From positions 45,262,001-45,326,000 of the forward strand of contig OZ076413.1 in assembly GCA_964187785.1 (NCBI GenBank): 64,000 nt of DNA, given 5' to 3'. How positions within the stretch are numbered: position 1 is the stretch's first letter; each line of letters starts with the position of its first letter. A program made the translations under genes and the position numbers. Origin of the DNA: Amphiscolops sp. MND2022 (Eukaryota). The notes under the pieces are model-generated. The model did not search any database and was not told the DNA's origin. It saw only the letters and a program-made list of their open reading frames with translations. This document shows, one piece after another, positions 51,001 to 63,116 of the stretch.

Positions 51001-53396
51001 TGGATCCAAAACCTTCTCCCCGTCATAATTGAAATTGTCAATTTATGCCAAGGAGTTTTTGGCCATTTATTTTGCCTTCATGGAGTATAGCCATATCTTA
51101 TGGGGTCTACCAAACCGATCATTGTCCTAACAGACAACAAGTCAGTCACGAGGTTTTTTCAAACCAAAATGATCACACCCTCCCTGTGGAACGCCTGCGA
51201 TTTTGTACTCCAATTTCACTTCAAAATCGCCCATGTACCAAGACGGATGAACACGGCGGCCGACTTCCTCTCCCGATTGTACATCAGCCCCGAAGAAAAA
51301 GTCCTTCTCCAAATCAGAGAAGACATCCAAACAACACCCATCCAGGTGAACATTCAATCCTCCGACATTCATGAAGAAGACCAGTTCTACTTTTTACCGG
51401 AGGACGACTCCGAGACAGAAGAAGACATTTGGGAGCGAAAACAAAGAGCACGCAAGAAAATATACAGCCCCCAAGAAAACCAAACTGACTAACCAGCTGC
51501 TACAAGTGAGACAAACTCTCAAACGGAGAACTTGCCATTAGTCTGCAATAATATCCAAGACCCAGAACAAGAACAAAGGCGCCAACTTCAAAGTGACACA
51601 AGCTTCCCACGTAGTCTGAGACCGGGACCAGGACCCCGTCCTCAGAAATCTCCAACTGAAAATTTTAAAGGAGCCGTACGACACCCAACTTCTGAACGAC
51701 GACCCCAGAGCAGCCAAATACTTAATCCAAGAAAACAGAATCATCATCAAAGATGTGCTGCTGTACAGACAATACTTAGGAAACAATGGGAAAGTAAAAT
51801 ACTTACAGGTGCTACTTCCTCAACAGCTGGTCGACGAATTCATTCAACACCATCATGGAAAGTATGGCAAACACCCAGGAATAGCCAAAACCATCCAACA
51901 ATGCCGTGAGAAGTACTATTTTCCAGGATTCGCTGCCAAAATAGCCAACCACATCTCACTCTGCAGAGAATGCGCCCAAACAAAGAGACTTCCAAACAGT
52001 AGCATCACACCGCCCTTAATTGATGTCACAACTAGCAATGGGACCTGAGGATGCGCTCCAAATGGACATAGTCCCATTTGACGACCGATCAGGAGGATAC
52101 AATGCGGTTATTACAGCAATGGACGTCTTCTCCCGATACCTATTTGCATACAGTGTTGCTGGAGTTGATACCAGAACCGTCACCCGAGTCCTAATAGACA
52201 TCATTACTCGACATAGCTACCTCCCCACGACCATCATCACAGACAAAGGATCCCAATTTATAGCAGAAGCCATGCACCAAATCACCACAGCTTTGGGAAT
52301 CCAATTGAAGCATGCTACCACAAAACATGCCCAAACGATAGGCATTCTGGAACGAACTCACGCATCACTGAAAGAGAGTCTCAAAATTATGACTCGGACG
52401 GGGGAAAGGCGTACAATGTGGCATCAATTTTTACCAATGGCGGTATTGAACTACAATACCTCATATCACACGTCCCTGGGCTGTGAGCCTAGCAGAGTGT
52501 TCCACGGAAGAGTCCCCTACAATGTACTTGATCTAAAATACGGACTCAAGACACAAAATCCTGCCCCAACCAACAGTGAAATTGCTGAAGGAGTGCTCCG
52601 ACAGACAAAAGAAATCGTTGAGCAGACACAACAGTCACTGATGCAGGCCTACGTTCGCCACAATTTCTATTACGACAAGAAGGCCTCTGCCAACCCCTTG
52701 GTAGTAAACGACTACTGCTATGCATTGCATCCAAAGGCGCATAGCCAATCGACAAAACTGCTGTTTAGAGATTACCTTTGGACGGGACCATATATCGTGG
52801 TCAAGACTCTACCAAACAATAATTATTTAGTTCGAAAACTTCAGACAAACCTCGCACTAATCCTACATAGAATCCGGCTCAGACCATTTAAGAGTACACA
52901 CAAATTGTCTGACATCTCAACACCCCTCAAGGATTTCCAGCAAGATAACGAAGTTATCATACAACATGATGACCTATACGCCTTATCTTGGCAAGAGTTT
53001 TACCAAAAAGACCCTACCCATCTCGGAAACAGCCCATCACCCGAACCCAAATTGATACCGCCAAACCCAGAAACAGCCGACGAAACCACCCATCCCGACT
53101 TAATGCCCGAACCTGAAGACATTAGCAATCACCCGGAAACCCAGGCAGACGATCTGACCCTAGACATGACCGATGAACCCGAAGATCCCGCACCCACCCC
53201 TAAATCCCCCCGGAAATCAAAGTACAATCTTCGACAAAACCCGACCTCAAATTCGAAGCCATATTTCGCTTACTACAACCCTATAGAAGTCAATCCAAAC
53301 AACTCGATAATCCTGAATTACGGGCCAGACAATAGCCCAGAAATACAAGTTTTAGCGGACCTCAGCCCTGACGGTGGCCTGAGATCAGAAGATTGA
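47673..53396 (+). pseudogene. pol: Element B pol (PR, dUTPase-like, RT, RNase H, IN) with many frameshifts and stops
   Basis: LIESGA, KLDCSQAY, LAQGLSRS, VDDIG, TDAN, TDNK, HHGKYGKHPG..CREC, TDKG, LERTH. Confidence 0.95.
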
Positions 53397-53713
53397 AAAG
53401 GCCCCAGGCACTAACCTGGACGGCTATACTATAACTCAACTTCAAATCTCCTCAAGCTATAATGGCTCTCTCTCTCTCTTACACTCTCTTACTCTACAAC
53501 TTGGATGAAAACAAAACAGAGGCTAAATACTAAATTGACTGACCCAACGGATCATTGAGATGCCTCAAATTTTTTTCTTTTTGCTCCATATTACCAGAGC
53601 ATTCTTATCTCGTCTTTCTATCTATTTTATTTTCTAAGATGGAACCGACTGGCGGAACCCTATAACATCAGAACAATGGGTACACAATAAAGAGAAACAA
53701 CAAAGAAAATAAA

Positions 53714-56700
53714 TCAAAGCAATTCATCAACGTGCAGTTTCAAATAGTTCAACAAGATTTCTCTTGACGAGATCCTTTCTTCGACACCATTCTCTTCTTT
53801 TGCTGACGAACTCGTAGAGGCCTGCACTGGTTCGGATGCCTCAACCACAGAAACAGTCTCAGCAGCAGACGTAGCACCAGACGGCACACCACGGGATGAT
53901 CGCCCACCAGCCATCCGAGATCTCCACCCGTCAACCTGACCAGTGTAGTAGGCGGTGTAACAGCGAAACAAACTCTCAAAAACCTCTGTCCAAGCATGAC
54001 GACTGATATCCACGAACGGATCAAAGGAGGTGCGCGCCAGGAACTGATGCCCCACAGGCAAATTCATCTTTAACTCTTCCAAACACTCCACGGTCAGCAA
54101 ATCATTTGAGACGAACTTGGGATGGAGAACAAACGACTGCACCGCACTGATCCCTGAACGAATAACAGTTGCAGGAAAACCAACTCCACTACTTGAAATA
54201 TCCACGGGAGGCATGGCACTTGGCCCAGGACACACCATCACTCGCAACAGACGCATCACTTGTTTGACGTAGCCCCGGCATTGATAAATAACACTAGCTT
54301 CCAAGAATTTGAATACATCACAAATTTGTTTAGGATCAGAAGACCGTTGACGCAGGTCTACAACCAGAGACTTGAATTCATTTACAGAGGCCTCCCGGTC
54401 AACTCCACTCAGAAAGCTAGCACCATGTACACAGCTCACCGGATCTTGGAACAAATCTACCACATACTCAGCATCTCCACACAGCAGCATATCCACACTC
54501 AAACAGCTGAGCGAACGGGCCACACGGGAACTACAATAAGCTGAGGATCCAAGCCGTTTCAGCAACTCCAACAAAGACCCCTGACATTCACGCAAGAAGG
54601 TGCGGCCAGGAGCGTCAGCAAAACCCCACACAAAGACTCAAAGAGCACGACTCCGGTTTCCAGACATAAACGCAATTGAGGCAGGTTTAATAACCATGCC
54701 TGATAACGCACCTGCTTGAGACGCTGAACCAAATACTCCAGAGCTGGGAACGGATCCACAGACCCCACGCACACAATACTGGACTCATTGATTAGACGCC
54801 GCAACAAATCGGGATCGAAAGCCATAGCAACAACAGGCACAGGACGACCAACGGTGTGACACCAATCGATATATCCATTAAATAGAACAGGCGGGCAGTT
54901 CAAAATTGACGCAGGTCCACGAATGGTTGACACAAGGGACAGAACACGTGCTAGACACCGCATCTCAGCCTCACAGGATGTCTCGTCATGAGGTTCTTCA
55001 GAGAGGTGCACCTCGCGAAGACAGTCATCGGGGCAGCATCAGACGATACACTTCACACCGGAGTATGAAGAGTGCAGCGCCAAGCTAAACGGGCCGTCCC
55101 CAAGGCATGACTTCACACGACGAAGCACACGCGGATAGAGAGTCTGCACATGGACCACTAGTGTCCCACTAAGTAACTGAAGCGTATGGACTCTCGACTG
55201 GCAAAGTAGTCCGGAACTGGTTCCACAGCCGACGTAAGAATAACTGGGACCCTCCACTTTTCAGCAGCTCCAACAAGCATCCCACAAGAGTCGTTGGGGG
55301 TACATTGGATGGGACGCCAACCAGTGCGTCCACTTCGTCTTCCAGAAACTTGTTCATACGCCCCAATACCACCGGAGGAGTTTCCTCAATCTCGGCACGC
55401 TGTTCAGCAGTCAGTTCAGCAACTCGGATGGGATCAAACTTCTCCGTATAAATCACATCCTCGTGGTCGTAACGGTACCGACGATCTTTGAGGTAGTGAC
55501 CCTTGCACTGGAAATGCCGCCAGATTCCTCGTGCACCCCGAGACAGAAAGGAAACATCTTTCTTGCAGATCGAGCAGTTGAACCCATTCGGACTCTTGTT
55601 ATCCCGCCGACTGACAAACAACCGGGGAATCGCATGGTCACTCATGGCTTTTGTCAACACGTGACGCTCCGTCTGCCTCTTTGCCCGTTCTTCATCCCGA
55701 GCCAACAGTTTCGCTTTCTTTGCCTCTAGACAATCCAGCACTCGTCCAGGGTTATCAGCGTCAATGCCCTTCCCTTTCAGGAGCCGAGACAACTCCTCAA
55801 ACTCTAAACATAACAACAAGTAGTCAAACGAATGACAGCATATGACAACACTCCATACAAACATTCAAGAGATGAAGGCAAACAAAACAACCCCAAAGAA
55901 GCCATCGAAACAGTCAAGAAAGCCAAGCAACAACAACAACAACACACTTACGTCTTGCCAGGCTTTTAGTTTCTTTTAGAGCCTCAGTCCGTTCAGATCA
56001 GGCAACATTTCGGGCCAGTATCACACACTGCGCCGCGGACATCATCATTGGTGAACCAGGTGGAACTGTATCCAGGCCAGCTGGCAACAAATGAGCAAAT
56101 TTCACAACACTATAAATTGACGCTAAACCACCCCACGACCAAAATCGCACAACACGAAGAAGACATAAAAAGCGGAATGAACATGAAAATTCAACGTACG
56201 CTTTTCCCAGTCATTGTACACAACCGAGGCCTCCACTCCAACAGCGACTCGTCCGTGCTGAGTCCTGTCGCGCTTGGATGACACCCCGGGTAGCTCTGAG
56301 ACAGCATCACTTACAGGGGCAGGAGTATCAACCGCAACCTCGCACACAAACACATCACTGTCTCCGGAAGACTCAACGCCCGGCACAGGCACTGCTCCAG
56401 CAACTACAATACAAACAATGTATGAAAACATGAAATGCAGAATAAGTGTCCCTAAAAGCAATACATGAACCCATTTCATTGTACACGACACCCGAAGAAA
56501 GAGAAAGAATACCTACTTTCAAGCGTCCGAGAAGCAGAACTCATGGGGGACACATGGTCATCTCCCGAACTGTCATGAGCAGAGGGCGGCCTGGAAATCG
56601 AACTAGAGATGACATCCGCCAATCGAACCCGCTTTGCAGACTGCACACTGGTAGTTGACAACACTCCGCTAGCCCTTGTCTTCTTCTTACTTTGGAACCT

Positions 56701-57176
56701 CGTACTACGGATCGGGACATAATACTCATCAGATCCATCATCGGTAGCTACAAAAAATAGATGAATAGAACGCGTTCAAAGAAACTCAGAAAAGGCTGAC
56801 CACCTATTAATTACTAGAAAAGATTACCTTTCTTCCGTGCCAAGTAATCAATGTCATGCTGATCATCACTTGTGGCAGAATGGAAAAACCCAGTTGCGAT
56901 AACACTCTCATGCTCTCCGCTACTGTCATCACTGGAATCTGCTTTGTCACCAAAGCCTGGCACATGTCCTTCTGCTTGCTCAACCAACACACCAGCTTCC
57001 TCCTGATCGCCGCCACTACTCGCCTCTCCATTTTCATCATCATCTCCACCTCCACTAGTTCTTTCCTCTCCACGGACAACTGACTCAACCACAGAATCAA
57101 CTTCCGCCCCACTCTCGACTAACTCCGCTTCACGACTGCGGCGCAACAATGCACTATCTTCTTCAGTGGAACACAT
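53714..57176 (-). pseudogene. Spliced antisense accessory gene of element B: acidic/Ser-rich N-terminus, BED-like zinc finger, hAT-transposase-like remainder
   Basis: Exons 57176-56828, 56747-56517, 56403-56200, 56080-55952 and 55803-~53714; four phase-1 GT-AG introns (80, 113, 119, 148 nt); CSICKKDVSFLSRGARGIWRHFQCKGH; lesions at 56000, ~55170, ~55040, ~54630. Confidence 0.8.
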
Positions 57177-57402
57177 AATCAATTCTCTGGAAATAACAAA
57201 CCATGAAAAATCAAAAGAAGATGTGGCGTAAAACCAATGGAAATATTAATACTAGAAGTTATCTACTATATAAGGAGAGTTGTTCAGTCTGCCAGCTGAA
57301 AAATTCAACAAGCTCAACACAAATGGTGTGAACAGATTTCAGGACGCGGATTAGTCAGTTATATTCCTAATCAACTGACAATCAGCTTGCTACTCAAACA
57401 AA

Positions 57403-57723
57403 ATGTATAATTCCAATTCCAGCGATCAAACGAATGAAGATGTCTTTATTCTCGACCGGGATCAGCCAACACAGCCAAGACAAAGGCCCAATACACCGCC
57501 GCCTAATTATAATATCATCAATCCAATGCAATTTACTATAACTTATGAAATAATTAAAACGGAAGATCTACACGTCGTCTTTGTCCATGAACAACCGATT
57601 GAGAATGCAATTAATGCTGAAAACGAACAAGGAGTAATACGAAGATTTACTACAGACAATCCGGTTATACCAGACGATGAATTCGTGAGCCCAATCAGAC
57701 GGTTCAATCAAGCAGACCAATAA
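57403..57723 (+). CDS. Small sense ORF of unknown function just upstream of the 3' LTR of element B
   Basis: 106-aa ATG ORF in a CAAACAAAATG context with TATATAA at 57267; coding-like sequence continues toward the LTR. Confidence 0.45.
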   Translation: MYNSNSSDQTNEDVFILDRDQPTQPRQRPNTPPPNYNIINPMQFTITYEIIKTEDLHVVFVHEQPIENAINAENEQGVIRRFTTDNPVIPDDEFVSPIRRFNQADQ

Positions 57724-57882
57724 AGCCCTAACTATATCTTCGGTAGCCCTATGAGCCCATACAGCAGCATGGAGATCCTACTACTCAATGCGCGACGACC
57801 TACCCACTTTATTCGACACTCCTATCCGGTCTATATGTCCAATTCCTTCTCCCAGACGAGACAGCGCAACGGAGCCGAGGAC

Positions 57883-59983
57883 TGTCACAGTCCCAGCTAA
57901 GCTGTGAGACCTGTCACGTAGCAAGAGCGGTCTACGAAGGAGGAAGTTGGGATTAGAGTAAAAGAAAAGGAAAGGCAAGTGAAATAACTAATATACAACT
58001 AATTTAGTGCTAATATATATAATTATTACTTTAAATTATTTCGGAGCTGAAGTTATTTTTATACACGTGTATGTACATAAATACAGTAGTACTTAATACA
58101 TACAAACACACAGTGTACCAACCAGTATAAAGCCGTTAGTGCAGTTAATAATATTAAATTAGTGCTAAATAAATAATAACAATTGCGGGACCGCAGCCTG
58201 GCAACCGGCCTGAGATTTAGGCAATGAAGCACCGGCCTGGCGAGTGGCCTGAAATCAAAATATGCTGTGCGCTGCTAATTAACATCATAGTGCAGTACTA
58301 TTGTATGAGGATTAACCTGGTAAAGCATTTTGTATGCTAATTGAACGATGCTACGCGTATTATTGTACAAGTGATTGAATGAAAACAACGAATGTACAGA
58401 AGATGAATACCACGGCCTGAGACACGGCCTGAGAATAAAACTCATAGAAATCCATTTTCATGGAAGATGATGATATTAATAATGATTTTCTGCCTTTCTC
58501 AATGAAACCATGAACCAATACTCATGATTTTAAATGATAACCGTTAATTGCATGTAATTTGTAGCAGTTTTGTTCATGTAACAATGTTTAATTTCTAAAC
58601 GCACCGGACCTCGGCCCAGGACGTGGCCTGAGATGAAAATTGTCAGAACACACACTTCAAATGAAAATAAAGGTGCTACAGTTAATTTTACATTCCCTCA
58701 ATGAAACCACGACCCGATATATGTAATTGCAAATAATAATGGTTGATTACGTGCTATCTATGATTAATTTTCTCATGCAACTATGTTCAATCATCTGGTA
58801 ATATGAAACCATGGCCCAGACCCCGGCCTGAGACTAAAACTCTTAAACTGTGCCGTATTATTCCTCCCAAGCAAATTCTCATGTAACCAGGTTAATGAAC
58901 GTCCCAAATAGTGTCCCAGGGATGACGTATTTTCATGTAAATCTTTGTTTCGTTGCTATACAATTTCGTTCATGGAATATTCCTTCGTCTTATCCAAATC
59001 GTCCCGGCCCACCGCCTGGGATTTTGATTTTTTCCATTGTGATTTATTAGCATTTTCATGTCCCCTGAAGGGATTTACAAATCGTTTTTGCAGTTTGTTA
59101 GTGAGATAATTAACCAGAGCAGTATTTAATTCGATTAATTTGGGAGATTTTTAATCTCCATAAAATAATCATTATTGTATCGTTGCTATTTTTCGCTATT
59201 CTTTTGGAAGCAAAATTCCGAGTCATTGTACATTTTGATGCTGAATTCAGCTTCGGCGTCCCAAAGAGGCGAGAATTGGAGGTGAAGGGAAGCGGAGGCG
59301 CAACTCAGACAGGAAGTGGACGCGTGCTTTCCCCGGGAAGCATGAACAAACTGAGAGTCTGAGTTCGACAAAGCGGAACTGAACTTCCGGTTTCCTCGCC
59401 TCGGAAGGTCGCCGGGCTGAATGAAGCGTGAATTCGTGATGGATTTTCCCGCTCACTAGCTTGCGGAAGGTATATATATATCTGTAAAAATTGGATAATT
59501 ATAATTGAAAATCTATTAGTCGCTTTTGAAAACAATCTTGTTCTTTTCGCCTTTGAAATCAATAAACTTCGAAACTTTCAACTTCTTCTATTCTAAATAG
59601 TATAAGTCCGCAAAATTCAAAATGCAAAGTGCCCGAAAGATTTTCGGAAAGGAAAGCCAGGAGAGACTCAGTGTCAAGTTCCATAGGCGAACCCGAGACG
59701 TCCAGTTTAAGGACGGAAAATTTCCCCAGCATATCTGATAAAGACTATTCGGAATTGTTTGAGAAAATAGAGAAATCTGTTTGTCGTCGGATTAAGGATA
59801 CTGAAGTGGGACAGAGGGAGATATTAAAGATGGTTGAAAACTTGTCATCTAAAATTGACTCTTTGTCAGACAAAACCCCTTTAACCACAAATTCCAAAGT
59901 GGTCGAACCTGACCTGACCGAGCCTGGTCCATCTGCCCAACGAGAAGACATTTACGAGTTGCCCCATAGTCTGGGTCAACACA
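57883..59983 (+). repeat. 3' LTR of element B (2101 bp)
   Basis: Direct repeat of the 5' LTR, followed by TSD ACTGT. Confidence 0.95.
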
Positions 59984-61060
59984 ACTGTTTTTCCCCGATT
60001 GGCGTCGTAATGATTAACATTCGGAAAAAAATTCAAAAGTACCAGCAAAGAGTAAGTGGTATAAATTTCATCATTTTTAGCCCATTTCAGAACAAAACAT
60101 TTGAAAAACGTACAGCGTTTTCATACGTCTTCTCGATACTAGCGGTTTTTAGGTACCATAGTTTATCTTTCATTTGAATAAATGATGTTAGAACGCTCCT
60201 GAAGTAAACGAACGCTCTGAGATGTTAGAACGCTCTGAGATTTTGAGGTATTGTTGGGAAAAAGACCTTGTTAAAATCAAGAATTTTCACGTCTAAAACA
60301 AAACAAAAAGACTGAAAATTAAACACTTCTTACTTCAGACTGAGATTTACAGCCCCAGTTGTCTTGAATCGTACCAACGCCTATTTTTCTTTTTATATAA
60401 TGAACTCTACTAGCCCCAATACCGTCAAAAAGGTGATATTGAAAGCACACCGCTTTTGGACCCTGCCTATTGACTTGATTCATATCACAGAAGCCTCAAA
60501 TTGTTTAAAATAATTTAGTATTTTTGGTAGCAGTTTCAGACAACCCAGTGGCTTGACGACTTAGCGTATTAGTTTCAAAAACAGCGTTGAAAAGGTTTTG
60601 TGTGAAGACTTTAGCAAACCTGATGGCCAATTTTCCTGGGCCATGAGTCTCCAGTGCTCGCGGGGAAGCAAAATAAAGACTCATAATAATTATAACATAT
60701 ATCTCTTCGTCCGAGAGAAATTGAGTAGGATGTTTCGGAGACAAGTAGGATGTATTGTAACTTCAAATAAAAGTTACAATAAAAACCTAGCTAATTTCGA
60801 CGAAACTTTCATTAACAAAATATCGAAAATCATACACACACTCATATCAGTTCATAATAAATTCACCTTCAAACGGTTCCTACAATGCGAAGGGAAAACT
60901 ACAACAAAAGACGAGCTTCTAAGATAATTTGAGATAGATCCAATGATTTTTGAAGTTCTAAATATAACAAAAATTGCGTAAATGTGGTCCAATTGAATGA
61001 AAAGATTCTGTAACAAAGAACTTTTCAGTGAATTGATGGTGAAGTAAAACTGACAAAAAG

Positions 61061-62575
61061 CTCTTCGATATCTAATACTCCCTACGAATGCAATCCTCGG
61101 TTGTATAAGTCCAGATAAAAAGTTGAACTTCGGATATAACAGTATATTGTATTGCTCAATACAGTCAGATCATTGAAGTTTTGCAACAATTTTTCAATTT
61201 TCCAAACTTTGATTTGCCTATGGAGACGTCGGGGTTGTTTTAGCATTGATAAACTCAATTAATAATAGTTGAAATATTGAACTTCTTTGCGGTTCTGGGA
61301 TCGTTTGAGATAACAATGTTTTTATGGGACGTATGACAAGAAGCTGAAGGAATTTTAGGTTAGTTTTTACTCGTTAGTTTTGCTGTTGTTTTTAGATGAA
61401 ATTGACCAGAAGTATTTTTCATTGTTTTTGCAGGTTATTTTCTCCTTCTGCAACTGTCGCCTCTACAATGATGTCCCCTCCCTTTTTTGCTCTATATATA
61501 TAAAAGCTTAAATAAGAGTACGTTGTCTTACTACAACACTAAACACTATTTTTTGGTCCCCCTAGGGGGACTGTTCTAATGTCGAGGAGACTCCTCAGTT
61601 TGGAGTTCCGATGCGACGTGCCGGCACACTCAACGTCCGGACACGTCCCACAAGCACGTTAAAACGTTGGCTAAGGTTCCTGCGACTTCCTACACTAGTT
61701 GAAAAAATTCACATCTTTTGCAAAATTCTTACAAAAACTCTTGTAAGAAAATGCATTATTTGACACTAACTCTTACAAGATACTTGCAAAATTTGCGAAT
61801 TTCAGCTGAAAATATCTAATCTCTTCGATATCAAATACTCCCTACGAATGCAATCCTCGGTTGTATAAGTCCAGATAAAAAGTTGAACTTCGGATATAAC
61901 AGTATATTGTATTGCTCAATACAGTCAGATCATTGAAGTTTTGCAACAATTTTTCAATTTTCCAAACTTTGATTTGCCTATGGAGACGTCGGGGTTGTTT
62001 TAGCATTGATAAACTCAATTAATAATAGTTGAAATAATGAACTTCTTTGCGGTTCTGGGATCGTTTGAGATAACAATGTTTTTATGGGACGTATGACAAG
62101 AAGCTGAAGGAATTTTAGGTTACTTTTTACTCGTTAGTTTTGCTGTTGTTTTTAGATGAAATTGACCAGAAGTATTTTTCATTGTTTTTGCAGGTTATTT
62201 TCTCCTTCTGCAACTGTCGCCTCTACAATGATGTCCCCTCCCTTTTTTGCTCTATATATATATAAAAGCTTAAATAAGAGTACGTTGTCTTACTACAACA
62301 CTAAACACTATTTTTTGGTCCCCCTAGGGGGACTGTTCTAATGTCGAGGAGACTCCTCAGTTTGGAGTTCCGATGCGACGTGCCGGCACACTCAACGTCC
62401 GGACACGTCCCACAAGCACGTTAAAACGTTGGCTAAGGTTTATGCGACTTCCTACACTAGTTGAAAAAATTCACATCTTTTGCAAAATTCTTACAAAAAC
62501 TCTTGTAAGAAAATGCATTATTTGACACTAACTCTTACAAGATACTTGCAAAATTTGCGAATTTCAGCTGAAAAT
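61061..62575 (+). repeat. Near-identical tandem duplication, period ~760 bp
   Basis: cctacgaatgcaatcc at 61081 and 61841; only a few differences between copies. Confidence 0.95.
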
Positions 62576-63116
62576 GGTACAAAAAATGCATAAATTTTAC
62601 AAAACACTACAAAATTTACATCACTCGACCCTAATTCAATTTTAAAATAATGCTTCGATAGCATTGTGAATACGTCTACGTCCTTCACAGGAAGGACGTA
62701 TCGACCAGTATTCTGAGAATTTAGAAGCGTAGTACGATGCATTTGGTTCGCAACAGTAATCGCTTCAGAATTTTCACTGCTTGGAGCTGCGGACTTATAG
62801 TTTTCAGACTAACATTTCCGATGTGGTTTTTTCAGTTTTCTCGCTCGTTTCCAGCATTCAGTGGGTCGCTTGAGATGATTTTTGATGCAGAGTCACCCAT
62901 TGAGTCGTAGTTTAAGGTGCTCTACAGATAAGGGTGTTTTGGTTTTGCATTGGTATAAATTATTGCATTATTGTTTTAAGGTGGGTTACCGGATTACGTT
63001 ATAGTAACTTTTTGGGTAAAATTGCATGTATATTTTTTTGGTCAAAATTAACCATTTTGACCCTTTTACTGGAACCCTGGGGCAGTCTGTGCATTGTAAA
63101 CGGTAAATGTGGCTGT

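Larger units (their letters stand above)
44664..59983 (+). mobile_element. Full-length (15.3 kb), decayed Ty3/Gypsy LTR retrotransposon B
   Basis: LTRs 44664-46748 and 57883-59983 with TG...CA ends; TSD ACTGT at 44659-44663 and 59984-59988; PBS at 46749; gag-PR-RT-RH-IN remnants; antisense spliced gene. Confidence 0.97.

Noticed and set aside
53714..57176. env gene in the post-pol position
   Set aside because: Antisense orientation; no signal peptide, furin site/fusion peptide or TM anchor recognisable
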